Shown in pieces: positions 17,560 through 27,815 of a stretch of 64,000 nt of DNA. Below the pieces are notes generated by a model. The model did not search any database. It saw only the letters and a program-made list of their open reading frames with translations, and had not been told where the DNA came from. The DNA lies in IMG/VR virus record IMGVR_UViG_2974638963_000001, positions 1-64,000 of that record; one strand, given 5' to 3'. How positions within the stretch are numbered: the first letter of the stretch is position 1; each line of letters begins with the position of its first letter. The translations under genes and the position numbers were made by a program. Origin of the DNA: a virus (lineage: Duplodnaviria; Caudoviricetes).

Positions 17560-18012
17560 TTAAACCTCTATATCTAATGTTTTGAATCTGTTATAGAACT
17601 GAATACCTAGATCTGTTATTCTATAACGATGGAAGATGGCGGGAACTTCAAAGTCCCCAAGTTCGGTATGCCGTATAGCCAATCTTTTAGCACAATGTGG
17701 GCAAGAATGACCATCCATGTGTGTAGACGCACGCTGCATGAAGAAATCTTCGTGGTCTGGGCACCAAATTTTGACTGGTGATGATCCTCTGACGTACTCT
17801 ACCTCTCTATACCCGTAGAAAAGTTCCCCATGATACCTAGTAGCTTGTAATATAAAATACGCATTTAAAGCATCCTGTTGATGCCACGGCTGTAACTGTT
17901 TGATTTTTCTATGGTTTAAAGTTCCCGAGCTTGTCAGGAACTTATGCAGTGGGAAAGTTTTTGCGTCCTCAAGAATCGCTTTCTCTATGTTCGTCACTAA
18001 CTCTTGCGTCAT
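17560..18012 (-). CDS. DUF723-like zinc-binding protein
   Basis: HG..YGY..VEY....PVKIWCPDH..F.Q....H..G..CPHC pattern. Confidence 0.65.
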   Translation of the reverse strand: MTQELVTNIEKAILEDAKTFPLHKFLTSSGTLNHRKIKQLQPWHQQDALNAYFILQATRYHGELFYGYREVEYVRGSSPVKIWCPDHEDFFMQRASTHMDGHSCPHCAKRLAIRHTELGDFEVPAIFHRYRITDLGIQFYNRFKTLDIEV

Positions 18013-18439
18013 TATGAGCCATTCCTACAGGTGCAAACGATGTTGCTGCACGCTCAGGTCGCTGAGTTGCTATCCATCCCATTGCTATGGGTCTAGGGAT
18101 AACATGACCTGTTTCTTCGAAAACACGTTGAACCCACTTGATGCCTGAGTCGTATTCCCCAAATTCATAGTTTGCAGTAAGCCAGTCTAGTGCATCAGAG
18201 TCAAAGAATTCCATAGCACGATATTTAACTAACTTAGAGCCACTAATATCTAGCAGGATATTTGCCCAAGTCCCAAATGGGAGGTCAGTTTCAGTCATTT
18301 CATTTAGTAACGCAACGTTTAGACGGTTATCCATAGAGATATAGAGTTGCATAAATAGATCATTGAACTGACCTACACCGTCTGGTGTTACTTCCCAATA
18401 AAGTTTAGAGATTGTATCTCTCATTAAATGTGTCTCCAC
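17969..18439 (-). CDS. hypothetical protein
   Basis: ORF in packed operon. Confidence 0.65.
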   Translation of the reverse strand: METHLMRDTISKLYWEVTPDGVGQFNDLFMQLYISMDNRLNVALLNEMTETDLPFGTWANILLDISGSKLVKYRAMEFFDSDALDWLTANYEFGEYDSGIKWVQRVFEETGHVIPRPIAMGWIATQRPERAATSFAPVGMAHNDARVSDEHRESDS

Positions 18440-18750
18440 TTAAACGACTTAGCTGGTAATACTAAGACTTCTGCTGGGGCATTATGAATATTAGTTACAT
18501 CTTCTAGTGTAACTACTTCTGGTGAATAAGAGCCACTTAACTCTTTACGAACTACAACACGGGTACGTACTTCCCCATCAACTGCTATAATGAATGGGGT
18601 ATACATAGGTGTCAGAATTTTACCTGAGTTCCATGCTTCTTTGATAGAAGCTTGTAATCTGCGATAGATTGAATCTACTGCCTCAGAATCAACCACTTCT
18701 AATACTGCTGCTAGAGTAGTTGCTTCGTCGTATGTTAGATAAAATTTCAT
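18424..18750 (-). CDS. hypothetical protein
   Basis: ORF in packed operon. Confidence 0.65.
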   Translation of the reverse strand: MKFYLTYDEATTLAAVLEVVDSEAVDSIYRRLQASIKEAWNSGKILTPMYTPFIIAVDGEVRTRVVVRKELSGSYSPEVVTLEDVTNIHNAPAEVLVLPAKSFKWRHI

Positions 18751-18753
18751 TTA

Positions 18754-19122
18754 TTAATACCCCGCATCAATTTCGTTATCAATAATACGCTTAATATCTG
18801 CAATTGCTTTAACTTTCTGCGTTCTGTGAATATTCATATCAGCCACTAGGTTCGTGATTTCACGACCTAATGCGCCAATTTTATTATCTGCACTGGAACG
18901 AATATTATCGATTTGCTTTTTAAACTCTGCTTGCATAGCCGAGAGTCTATTCTCAGCTAGCTCTATTGCTTCTTCAGCAGTATTTCGATAATCATACAGC
19001 CTATCTTCTGCTAGGCGCTTTGCTTTCTTGGCTTGCATAGTATTATAGGATGCATATACGCTCCAGATTAGACATACTAAACCAAAAATCCATGCACCAA
19101 CTGCTACTGTAAAAGGAGTCAT
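18754..19122 (-). CDS. membrane-anchored coiled-coil protein
   Basis: N-terminal TM plus heptad-rich region. Confidence 0.65.
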   Translation of the reverse strand: MTPFTVAVGAWIFGLVCLIWSVYASYNTMQAKKAKRLAEDRLYDYRNTAEEAIELAENRLSAMQAEFKKQIDNIRSSADNKIGALGREITNLVADMNIHRTQKVKAIADIKRIIDNEIDAGY

Positions 19123-19304
19123 TATTTCTCCTTAGTTAGATTTTTGATCTTTTTAGTGAAGCTATCAATACGCTCACCTGCGATCTCAAAACTAAAGCGC
19201 CAGTATACTTCTAGCCAAGAAGAGTTTCCTTCTTTCTTTCGTGATGCGTTAGCTTTACTTCCCAATACTAAAATAGTTACTGCAAACCAGAATAAGAATG
19301 CCAT
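19122..19304 (-). CDS. small membrane protein
   Basis: TAATG coupling. Confidence 0.6.
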   Translation of the reverse strand: MAFLFWFAVTILVLGSKANASRKKEGNSSWLEVYWRFSFEIAGERIDSFTKKIKNLTKEK

Positions 19305-19305
19305 A

Positions 19306-19599
19306 TTAACGTTTCTCCTTTAATTTGTTTTCTGCTTTACGCAGATCACGAGAAAGTGCGCGATTACGAGCTTCTTCAACTTTCAGCAGCTCAGATTGGT
19401 TACGCTCTGCCTTACGAGCTTTGTCACACTGCATAGCCATATTGCTGAGAGAACCATATAAAGCATTCAGAGCTTCAATGCTCATTTTATCGAACTGCTT
19501 AGCTAAATGATCATCCAAACCTGTTAAGATTAATAGAGTGTTAACCATTTGTGCTTTTGTTAAGTTCAGTTCTTGCATGTGGTTAGGTACTGTAGCCAT
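19306..19599 (-). CDS. hypothetical protein
   Basis: AAGGA RBS after early promoter. Confidence 0.7.
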   Translation of the reverse strand: MATVPNHMQELNLTKAQMVNTLLILTGLDDHLAKQFDKMSIEALNALYGSLSNMAMQCDKARKAERNQSELLKVEEARNRALSRDLRKAENKLKEKR

Positions 19600-19673
19600 A
19601 ATTTATTTTCCTTTCTTCTCATCAATTTATAAATATATTATACAGAAAAATTGGCATTTTAGCAAATGAATTT

Positions 19674-20042
19674 TTAAGATAAAATCATTATATCTTCTAG
19701 AGCCATAACCATCTTCTTGAAACGCTGCATCTGAGTGTCCCATGCTGGATTTGGGTAAGAGAACTCACCTAAGTCTAGCTTAGCCATACTCTCGCGTAGT
19801 GGCATAGCCGTTGCTCGTACTCGTATGAGATTGTCAGCATCTATAAACACCTCTACATTGAAGTGACCTGGCTTAGTAGGATTGGTGGATAGTGAGTACC
19901 AATCCTTAGTAGCAGAGTGTGCGTACATCTCCATATCGTACTCTTCGCAAATTTCTTCTACAGCCCACTTAGCTTTAAGTAATGCGAGCACTTCCGGAGA
20001 AGTCTCCTCTAGAAGTGCTTTAAGTCTTTCTTTCTTATCCAT
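19674..20042 (-). CDS. hypothetical protein
   Basis: 122 aa ORF. Confidence 0.7.
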   Translation of the reverse strand: MDKKERLKALLEETSPEVLALLKAKWAVEEICEEYDMEMYAHSATKDWYSLSTNPTKPGHFNVEVFIDADNLIRVRATAMPLRESMAKLDLGEFSYPNPAWDTQMQRFKKMVMALEDIMILS

Positions 20043-20044
20043 GA

Positions 20045-20848
20045 TTACTCCAAAATATTTTGACTAACTTCATGACAGTGTGTATCTTTATCCAGCTTAA
20101 CAACTAATAACTCGTTCAGAGATGGTAAAGCTACAGCATACGTACCATAGAATACACCACCAAGATCTAGATAGACCCTGTTCCCTGACACGAGTGGATT
20201 GTCAATTACGGTGTGCCCATGGAATACCATATCTATATTTTTAACTGGGTCGAAGATTCTGCCATGAATAACATCAGTTACTAAGTCACGATCCCATACA
20301 AAGGCTTCAAGAGCCTGTGTACCAAACGTGTGTAGAGCTTTTTCCACAAAGTTCCAATCGTTATCAATAAATGTGCCAACACCTCCATGAACTGGGATAC
20401 CTGCGTGAACAATACCAAACTTTTTACCACGATGCAGGACTGTCATAGTTACAGGGTGTTTAATCATTTTCATGAAGAAGTCATGATCAGTTTTATATCG
20501 TCCACCCTCACGGTATATGATATTTTGTTCCATTGCCCAAGCACCGCCATTCATAATCCAAAGGTTATAAGCACTTGTGATAGGGAATAGGTCATGATTA
20601 CCTAATACTGTGAACCAGTTTGTTTCTTCATTAAACGCATTAACTACTTCTAGGTTCTGTTTACCACGATCAATAAGATCCCCGCAACATACAAGGTAAT
20701 CAGTGCCAAAACGAAAACCTACAGAGTCCAGCACTTCATAGAGGTCATCTAATTTACCGTGAATGTCGCCAATGACAAAAAGTTCTGCTTCATCGGGAAC
20801 TCTTAATGTCATATGCATTTTAATACTCTCAAAATTGTCTAAAATCAT
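20045..20848 (-). CDS. Ser/Thr protein phosphatase (PPP, lambda NinI-like)
   Basis: GDIHG, GDLIDRG, GNHD, HAG, HGHT motifs. Confidence 0.9.
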   Translation of the reverse strand: MILDNFESIKMHMTLRVPDEAELFVIGDIHGKLDDLYEVLDSVGFRFGTDYLVCCGDLIDRGKQNLEVVNAFNEETNWFTVLGNHDLFPITSAYNLWIMNGGAWAMEQNIIYREGGRYKTDHDFFMKMIKHPVTMTVLHRGKKFGIVHAGIPVHGGVGTFIDNDWNFVEKALHTFGTQALEAFVWDRDLVTDVIHGRIFDPVKNIDMVFHGHTVIDNPLVSGNRVYLDLGGVFYGTYAVALPSLNELLVVKLDKDTHCHEVSQNILE

Positions 20849-20879
20849 AATAACCTCTAGGCGTAAAAAGCCAGCCCGA

Positions 20880-21428
20880 TTAAAGGCTGATTAATGGGTG
20901 GTAAGAAAAAAGCGTACCATCCTGTTTATTAACATGTTTTCTAACAATATCTAGATTCACTGGTCTACCAACATTATCTACAGACACATTGATATATCTA
21001 GGGTCTTGAATAGTTTGATCATGAACATGCCCGTGAATATTAACTTTATGCCACAACTCATCTGGATGAATTGGTGCATGGCTAGCCCACATTTTGTATG
21101 AGCGTAATTTCATTAGACCTGAACCAAAGTCTGATACTTTCGGGTGGTTAGCCACCTCTCTAAAGTAGGATTTTCCTCGTTCAAAGTCATGATTACCTCC
21201 CATGTATACGACATTAGTGCTATCTGGGATAGCCGACATTAGTCTTTCAAAGCTTTCTAGATTAAACGCGTTATCTCCTAATAGGTAGATTTTATCACGT
21301 TTACGTATAGTCTCTGAAAGAGTGGTCAAGATATACTCATCATGCTCTGTTACTGTACTAAACATTGGTCTATACTTTAGGATGTTTCTATGACCTAAGT
21401 GGGTATCTGACCATGCGAATACTGCCAT
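20880..21428 (-). CDS. calcineurin-like metallophosphoesterase
   Basis: SDTHLGH, LGD, GNHD, HGHVH motifs. Confidence 0.9.
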   Translation of the reverse strand: MAVFAWSDTHLGHRNILKYRPMFSTVTEHDEYILTTLSETIRKRDKIYLLGDNAFNLESFERLMSAIPDSTNVVYMGGNHDFERGKSYFREVANHPKVSDFGSGLMKLRSYKMWASHAPIHPDELWHKVNIHGHVHDQTIQDPRYINVSVDNVGRPVNLDIVRKHVNKQDGTLFSYHPLISL

Positions 21429-21585
21429 CTTTACTCTCCTAAGTCTCTCAATTCCAATTCATCGTATACTTGCAGTACAGCAGCTTCGGTTGGTTCATTC
21501 AATCCCCAGTCACCTGTAGTACCATCTAGGTAGCCCATCTCGTAAAAATACTCAATAAGTCGTAATACTTGCTGAATATTCATAT

Positions 21586-22020
21586 TTATTCTCCTGCTCT
21601 AATTTTCATTAAGCCTTCGATTAATAATTTCATATTAGCAACCGTTAGCTGTTCAATTCCATCTTCTTTAACACCTATCATTTCAATTAATGTTTCGATG
21701 TATGGTCGTTTTAATCGACCCTCTGGACAATCCATAGTGCATATCTTTTTTGTTTTAATTGCGTTTACGATACATTCCAGAGCTTCCATGTTTGCCTTAG
21801 TTACGTCTAGATCTACGCCTAGATCGATAGCAATTTGTTTTGATATATCTTTCTTTGTCACTCGTTTTTTAGTCGAAGTTGCTGAGTATGAGTTAAGAGC
21901 CAATTTATCCAACTTAGCTTCAAGTTGTGCTCTACCCTCGTTTGTACGCATTTTTTGTTTCAGCTCACCCTCTGTCATACTAAAGGATTTAGCCATTTGA
22001 GAATAGTAGCGATCTGACAT
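21586..22020 (-). CDS. hypothetical protein
   Basis: 144 aa with own promoter. Confidence 0.7.
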   Translation of the reverse strand: MSDRYYSQMAKSFSMTEGELKQKMRTNEGRAQLEAKLDKLALNSYSATSTKKRVTKKDISKQIAIDLGVDLDVTKANMEALECIVNAIKTKKICTMDCPEGRLKRPYIETLIEMIGVKEDGIEQLTVANMKLLIEGLMKIRAGE

Positions 22021-22097
22021 AATAAAAAACCCCTCATTTCCGATTTATGATATTATTATATCAAAGAAATGAGGGGTTTGGCAAGTGATTTTACAAA

Positions 22098-22523
22098 TTA
22101 TTCACTGTCTAGAAGCTCAATATGTGGAGCATCTAAGAACTTAGCAGGTTTGTCATTTGGATTAGAAGTCCAGGTATACCCAAACTTAATTCCAATTCCT
22201 AGCTCTGCTGCTACATTCATGATGTGTGTTAGAATAGGTAACCACAGTTCAGGTCGTTTACCCCAGTCTTGAGGTAATTTAGTTGGATAGATATCCACTG
22301 CACGACCGTAACCGTCCTTTTTACTAGCTAAGTGTTTAGAACCGTCAATAGTTCTAGAAACACCTTTATTATAGTTTTCGATTTGTTGCTCACGAGAACG
22401 TAAACCTTCTTGAATACGGAAATCACGAGGTGAATCAACAATAGCTGCTTCCATAATTTTTACTAGTTTTGGGTTTACCCCAACTAAGTTAGCCTTGCTG
22501 GCTGAACCAAAATAGAATGCCAT
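22098..22523 (-). CDS. lys: endolysin, M15 L-alanyl-D-glutamate peptidase
   Basis: EGLRS, SKH...AVD, DAPHIEL zinc-peptidase motifs; next to holin. Confidence 0.9.
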   Translation of the reverse strand: MAFYFGSASKANLVGVNPKLVKIMEAAIVDSPRDFRIQEGLRSREQQIENYNKGVSRTIDGSKHLASKKDGYGRAVDIYPTKLPQDWGKRPELWLPILTHIMNVAAELGIGIKFGYTWTSNPNDKPAKFLDAPHIELLDSE

Positions 22524-23191
22524 TATATAGATCTCCCTAAGTACCTAGATGCAGAGTTACATATCTTTCCTAGGTATTCTTCATAATTAAGAAGTGACTG
22601 CTTATCTTCGACTTTCATTGGAAGCTCATTCCATGCTATACCAATGTAACCCGAGTATATATTATTTAAGTTAAAAAATGGACAAGTGTATACGAAATCA
22701 AAGTTCTGATTTCTGAATGTAGGGATGTTTCTCCCCTTGAAGTATTCACTCTCCATATCCCATCTGACCGCTAAATTTTCTCCGGCTAATTGTGTAGAAT
22801 AAAGTTCAGAAGACTTATCCACAGGCTTTGGCTCATAATCTATCTTTTCTAGTGGCATTTTTCCTTCCCAAACAAGTACACGCTGGTAATCGTTAACTGC
22901 TTCTGGTTCATACTTCATAACGAATACAGCATCTGCTTGAGTCTGTAGAAATAGAGCCATTGCCTTCTCTCTTGCTACAGCAGGAAACTTATCTTCTCTC
23001 TGTGCTTGGATTTCTCTAAGTACAGATGTGGTAGACAGAGATTGTCCCCACTGTATCAAAGCTGGGAAATGCATAACTATTAAATATAGACAAACTGCAA
23101 CAAATACTGATACTACGTTTGCCAATAATGCGCCAGGGCTTTTGCCGAAGTTAGCGAAGATTACTCCTAAAAGTTTTAAAAAGTTTTCCAC
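22523..23191 (-). CDS. holin (T4 T / T5 type)
   Basis: single N-terminal TM, YTCPFFNLNNIYSGYIG periplasmic motif. Confidence 0.85.
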   Translation of the reverse strand: MENFLKLLGVIFANFGKSPGALLANVVSVFVAVCLYLIVMHFPALIQWGQSLSTTSVLREIQAQREDKFPAVAREKAMALFLQTQADAVFVMKYEPEAVNDYQRVLVWEGKMPLEKIDYEPKPVDKSSELYSTQLAGENLAVRWDMESEYFKGRNIPTFRNQNFDFVYTCPFFNLNNIYSGYIGIAWNELPMKVEDKQSLLNYEEYLGKICNSASRYLGRSI

Positions 23192-23357
23192 ACGAATATC
23201 CTCCTAGCTAATAACTATTATACTACACCTCCGTGTATTTTGCAAGAAGTATTTGAAATTCGAGTAGGCATAAACGGAACAAAATGTCAAGTAAAGAATT
23301 TTAAACAAGAAAAAGCCCACCAGCAAAATACTGATGGGCTTTGATTATGTGTATCCT

Positions 23358-24062
23358 CTACGCTGGGGTAAATGTAAACTTAACGTCTCCTGCTCCCTGG
23401 TCAACCTTAACTGCTGCACTAGGATTTCGTTCGGCAATCGCAGCCTCAATCGCAGCTTTCTGAGCATCTAGAATTTCTAGTTCCATTTGCTTTTCTGCAA
23501 GCATACGCTGCTCATGTAGCGCACCTAAGCGATTTGTTAGGTCTTCACCCTGAAACCATAAGTCCTTACCGTGTTCGATCATATCGAATAACTCTTCTTC
23601 TGTACAGAAGTGAGTAGCTAAGTCACGTAAGAACGTATTGATTTGAATTGTATCTGCTTCAACACTTTGGCGAATCTCTGGAGCTTTACCATAAACTCCG
23701 CCACGATATGTATGTAGCATAACGCGAGAAGTTGGATAAGTATACCAGGAGTCGCAAGCCAGTGCAATCATACCTTGTGCAGATAATGCATCCCCCAAGA
23801 TATGTGCCTCTACCAGAGCATCGCAGGACTGAATTAGGTTGCATAACTGTACTGCGGTTGTTAAGTAACCACCAGGTCCATTGATCATTAGACGTATAGT
23901 GTCTTGTTCTGGTGCTGTCATGAGCAAGATAGATAGATCGCGGTATTGAGATGCTTCTTCAATATTTGTATCTAAGAAGTATGTGTGGACATTACCGATT
24001 GTAGCCGGCTGTGTCATCATGTGAGTTGATGCAGGTAACTGATCTAATTTTTCTTCGCTCAT
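23358..24062 (-). CDS. ClpP-like protease
   Basis: INGPGG, ALSA, MLH motifs; T5 synteny. Confidence 0.8.
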   Translation of the reverse strand: MSEEKLDQLPASTHMMTQPATIGNVHTYFLDTNIEEASQYRDLSILLMTAPEQDTIRLMINGPGGYLTTAVQLCNLIQSCDALVEAHILGDALSAQGMIALACDSWYTYPTSRVMLHTYRGGVYGKAPEIRQSVEADTIQINTFLRDLATHFCTEEELFDMIEHGKDLWFQGEDLTNRLGALHEQRMLAEKQMELEILDAQKAAIEAAIAERNPSAAVKVDQGAGDVKFTFTPA

Positions 24063-24073
24063 AGAATCCCCTA

Positions 24074-24778
24074 TTAAGAACCGTACATAGCTTCACGAAT
24101 AAGACTCGTGAAAGTTTCATCATAATTATTTGTGATAGAGAAGTCTACCTCAAACGTGTGTGACGCTGATGGGTGGGAGCTTTGAATAGCAAAATCACTC
24201 TTACTAGCCTTAATACCCCAACGCGTTCCACCAACTTCTTTTACCCAATCATGTTCATTAGGAAATCGCACATCTGTAATGACAATACCTTTTTCTGACT
24301 TGGCATATTTAGCAGCTACTAGGTCTAGCCAGATACCCTCAGAAAACCGTGCTCTTCCTAACTCAGTCCCTAAGTGCTCCAGAATTTTACGAGGGGATAT
24401 ATAGTACGCAGCTACCATATCATCACGCTCATGTAGAGTAATAGGTGACCGATAATTAGCAAGATCAAAAGTTAACCATTCGAATAACTCAGTTCTAGCA
24501 TCGATATGTGTTAGACCCAGCATACTAAGAATATTTTCAGCGTAGTCAACTGCCTTGATAAGATTTTCGTTATCCACTTGGAGAAAGAAAAACTTCTCTT
24601 TAGTAGAGCGATTCCCCAATTCTTCTGGTGTTACACCAAAAATTAATCCAGCTAATGTATATACTGGTTCTGCAAAAGAAACTATTTCAACTCCTAATTG
24701 CTGAGAGATAAAACGAGCAGCAAAGTCTTTACCAGACCCTGCTGCCCCACTCAGACCTATTAATGTCTTATTTGTCAT
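24074..24778 (-). CDS. dnk: deoxynucleoside monophosphate kinase
   Basis: GAAGSGKD P-loop, PRKILEHLGTE, ITDVRFPNE. Confidence 0.9.
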   Translation of the reverse strand: MTNKTLIGLSGAAGSGKDFAARFISQQLGVEIVSFAEPVYTLAGLIFGVTPEELGNRSTKEKFFFLQVDNENLIKAVDYAENILSMLGLTHIDARTELFEWLTFDLANYRSPITLHERDDMVAAYYISPRKILEHLGTELGRARFSEGIWLDLVAAKYAKSEKGIVITDVRFPNEHDWVKEVGGTRWGIKASKSDFAIQSSHPSASHTFEVDFSITNNYDETFTSLIREAMYGS

Positions 24779-25091
24779 TTAGTTTAGAGCACCTTTTTTC
24801 ATCATATTGATAATAACAGACTATAGCCATAAGATCTCGTACAAAACGCTCTTTAGTAACCTGACCTTTGGAATAGTTTAGGTAGTCTTTCAGTGAAATC
24901 ATAGCCCATACCTCACCTCCGATATTCTCGAATTTAAAACTAGGCATAGTATATGGCTGTACAGGTGAGGGCCACGGCACTGGTGGCTTCTGTACTTCAA
25001 CTACAGGGCTAGGCAATGGTTCTGGTAGACTATTACATCCTACTATTGAGCAGGTGATGGCGAGCAATAATCCGTATTTCCAGTTAGACAT
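24768..25091 (-). CDS. o-spanin (Rz1-like lipoprotein)
   Basis: IVGC lipobox, Pro-rich, overlaps i-spanin. Confidence 0.75.
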   Translation of the reverse strand: MSNWKYGLLLAITCSIVGCNSLPEPLPSPVVEVQKPPVPWPSPVQPYTMPSFKFENIGGEVWAMISLKDYLNYSKGQVTKERFVRDLMAIVCYYQYDEKRCSKLNDK

Positions 25092-25495
25092 GAGAAATTC
25101 TCCTCATTTTCCTTGATAGCTTTTTTAGCCTTAAGGGTTGTCAACCCTGGCTTAGCTTCAAATACTCCAGTACGTGAAGCAGCTTTCTCTAGAGCTGAGA
25201 TCCTAGCCTCTGACACACTAAGATTTCTACTGATAGTTGTGTAATGTTGGTCTAATCTCTTATTGTTTTCCTCCATCTGTAATCTAAGATCATTCATACT
25301 TTTTCGTATATCTGCATACGAAGCTGCATAAATATCATTAGTATTAGTGAGGATCTCAATAGTTTTTTCTTGGGTAGAGATCATCCTGATCCCTGACAAT
25401 ATTAATAATACTAGTATTAAGATTGTTGCCCAGTTAGCCGAAAGTATACTGAAAAATCCAGCCGTTTTCGACAGCTTCTTAACTTCCTGTTCCAT
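25043..25495 (-). CDS. i-spanin (Rz-like)
   Basis: N-terminal TM, coiled coil, AKPGL motif, C-terminal Cys. Confidence 0.75.
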   Translation of the reverse strand: MEQEVKKLSKTAGFFSILSANWATILILVLLILSGIRMISTQEKTIEILTNTNDIYAASYADIRKSMNDLRLQMEENNKRLDQHYTTISRNLSVSEARISALEKAASRTGVFEAKPGLTTLKAKKAIKENEENFSCLTGNTDYCSPSPAQ

Positions 25496-25880
25496 TTAGT
25501 AGTTTACCTCGATTTTGAAGAAATGTTTCAATTTCTTGATGCATCCTATATGGATTGCTTTCAACTTTAGAGATACCCTGTACTATCATAGTGGAAGGAT
25601 TTACAAGTACTAATGAACCACCTCTATCTGCTGGTACAGCTAATAGTAATGGTTCATCTTCTTTTTTCTTAAATACACTCATTAAGTCTATGCCAACTAC
25701 GGGAATTACTAGTTCCCCACTTATGGCATATACCCTACCGACGTAGTAAATAAGGGCGTCTAGAGTTTCGGGTATTTTGTAATCGTCAAAATAACTTGAC
25801 TGCTTACGTTCCCATACGTACTCTTTATCCATAGAGTGTTGTAAATCATAAGAGTCTATGTAACTAGACTTAATTTCCAT
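25479..25880 (-). CDS. hypothetical protein
   Basis: ORF with AGGAG RBS. Confidence 0.65.
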   Translation of the reverse strand: MEIKSSYIDSYDLQHSMDKEYVWERKQSSYFDDYKIPETLDALIYYVGRVYAISGELVIPVVGIDLMSVFKKKEDEPLLLAVPADRGGSLVLVNPSTMIVQGISKVESNPYRMHQEIETFLQNRGKLLNGTGS

Positions 25881-26166
25881 TGTTTAAGCTCCTAACTATA
25901 TCTCTCGCTACGGAGTCTGCCCATACACCAAATGGTGATAATAGGGCAGACACTATTACAAAAGTTACTGGTGTGGGCAATAAATGAGACTTGCTCTTAA
26001 CGCCCAATTTACGTAGATGCGGGTTAACGGAAATTGCCTTCATACTTCTAATAGCAGTAAAAGCCAAGTAGAATCCGGTAACACACCATATGATAGCAAT
26101 TATTAGTAATAACATTATTCCTCCTACTATCTTGACTAGTATATCATACTTAGTCACAGATTGCAA
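25870..26166 (-). CDS. membrane protein
   Basis: TM helices; start probably at MLLL after GGAGG. Confidence 0.6.
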   Translation of the reverse strand: MQSVTKYDILVKIVGGIMLLLIIAIIWCVTGFYLAFTAIRSMKAISVNPHLRKLGVKSKSHLLPTPVTFVIVSALLSPFGVWADSVARDIVRSLNNGN

Positions 26167-26174
26167 GCTAATAT

Positions 26175-26513
26175 TTAAAAATCTTCTATACTATGAGCCG
26201 TATCATCCCATAGGGCGTCTTTGAGTTTCTTCTTACGTGCTTCTAACTCTCTGTCTCTGGCAAGTAACTTAATTGACATATTAACATCCTCTGGGTCTAA
26301 AATCTTATATTTAATTTCCTTATTTAAACTGTCCATTAGCCCTTTGACACGAGACACTTCACATCTAGCTTGCTTACCCTCTGACCCCACTGGAACTAGT
26401 ATTTCATCTCCTCGTTTCAGGGGTATTTTGGATGGGTCGTAAAGGTACGCGTACTCTTTACCGCGTGAACTTGGTTGATATCTAACATGAACAACATAAA
26501 GATCTTCTTTCAT
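26175..26513 (-). CDS. hypothetical protein
   Basis: GAGGA RBS after early promoter. Confidence 0.7.
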   Translation of the reverse strand: MKEDLYVVHVRYQPSSRGKEYAYLYDPSKIPLKRGDEILVPVGSEGKQARCEVSRVKGLMDSLNKEIKYKILDPEDVNMSIKLLARDRELEARKKKLKDALWDDTAHSIEDF

Positions 26514-26600
26514 TATAAAGTCCTCAATATCTATTTAATATAAACATTATATCAAAATTGAGTCAATTATGCAAATGAATTTTCAATTAAATAACTTAAT

Positions 26601-26609
26601 CCTGCGCCC
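26601..26609 (-). other. candidate T5-type single-strand nick site
   Basis: intergenic GGGCGCAGG on minus strand; identical at 37774-37782 and 52105-52113. Confidence 0.5.
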
Positions 26610-26695
26610 TGGCGGCTCCTCAATGTCCTAGCTCAAAATGTTACATGCGTATATACAAAAATACCCAGAGCACTTTCGTACACTGGGTATGATTA

Positions 26696-27187
26696 CTATA
26701 GGCTTTCAGTAAATGTTCTAGCCACTACATCAGCTTGTTGTTCTGGTGTTAACGCATTAAATCGTACAGCATATCCAGATACACGAATTGTTAAGTTCGG
26801 GTACTTGTCCGGATTCTTTATCGCATCCTCTAATGTTTCACGTTGTAACACGTTTACATTAAGGTGTTGCCCACCCTCAACTCGAACTGTTGGTACTTGC
26901 TCAAGCTCAGAACCCACTTGCTCAACAGAAATAAATTCAGCGACATTTCTAGTGAACAATTCCTCTGGCACAGTTCGTGCTGCTTGGGAAAGTTCATCGA
27001 ATTTTTCTTGGGTTAGAATTGAACCTGTAGGCACAAAGTCTTCGTTAGTTGAAACTATAACCTTATTTCCTACTAGGTCTACTGTACTGGTTTCGGGGTC
27101 AATTGGACACACCATAATAAAAGATACTACGGTAGGGATAGTAATGACCGCACCAACCATATTTGTTAGGACTGTTATTTCTCCCAC
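26696..27187 (-). CDS. grcA: autonomous glycyl radical cofactor (GrcA/YfiD-like)
   Basis: GGQHLNVNV...[22 protein letters not shown]; start reassigned to GTG after AAGGA. Confidence 0.85.
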   Translation of the reverse strand: MGEITVLTNMVGAVITIPTVVSFIMVCPIDPETSTVDLVGNKVIVSTNEDFVPTGSILTQEKFDELSQAARTVPEELFTRNVAEFISVEQVGSELEQVPTVRVEGGQHLNVNVLQRETLEDAIKNPDKYPNLTIRVSGYAVRFNALTPEQQADVVARTFTESL

Positions 27188-27197
27188 TGGACGTTCC

Positions 27198-27452
27198 TTA
27201 TTGAATTTGTGATACAAGTTCCACAACTTCTGCTGTGATCAGTAATCGAGTAAGGTCACTGATTTCTTTGGTCACGCCTTTCTCACCGGAAGCATCAACT
27301 TCTGCACATTTTGCAAATTCGGCTTTTAATGGTGAAATAGCATCTTCTGCAAACTTGGATGCAATTGCTACCACCTCAGGATCAGTCAACGCTTTAGCAG
27401 TTGCTAAAAGACCACGTAACATAATTAACTGTGGATTAAGTTGGTTAGACAT
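27198..27452 (-). CDS. hypothetical protein
   Basis: start reassigned to MSNQL. Confidence 0.6.
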   Translation of the reverse strand: MSNQLNPQLIMLRGLLATAKALTDPEVVAIASKFAEDAISPLKAEFAKCAEVDASGEKGVTKEISDLTRLLITAEVVELVSQIQ

Positions 27453-27453
27453 A

Positions 27454-27813
27454 TTATTCGCCTTCTTGGTTATTTGGTTTGATATCGAATAGGTCACGAG
27501 CATAAATGCTTGTAGCTGGGTCATCGGAAGTAAATACTGTGATCATAGGGTAATCATCAGGAATTTGTTCTGGTACGGCATCACGTAGGTACGCTACAGC
27601 CATTGCTTGCATACCGTCTGTCACTTCGCCGTGGAATACATAACGAACCATATCAGCATAAGTTAACGACGCTGCACCCATTGCAACGAATGCTTGGTCT
27701 AGTGCTACTTTTTCTTCTAAGAAAGTTTCTAAATCTTCTTCTCCGTCCCAAAAGGTTTCATAGGCTTGATGACGTAAGATTTTAAGTAGGGAATCTGAAA
27801 GACGTTCGTTCAT
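27454..27813 (-). CDS. hypothetical protein
   Basis: GGAG RBS. Confidence 0.65.
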   Translation of the reverse strand: MNERLSDSLLKILRHQAYETFWDGEEDLETFLEEKVALDQAFVAMGAASLTYADMVRYVFHGEVTDGMQAMAVAYLRDAVPEQIPDDYPMITVFTSDDPATSIYARDLFDIKPNNQEGE

Positions 27814-27815
27814 TT

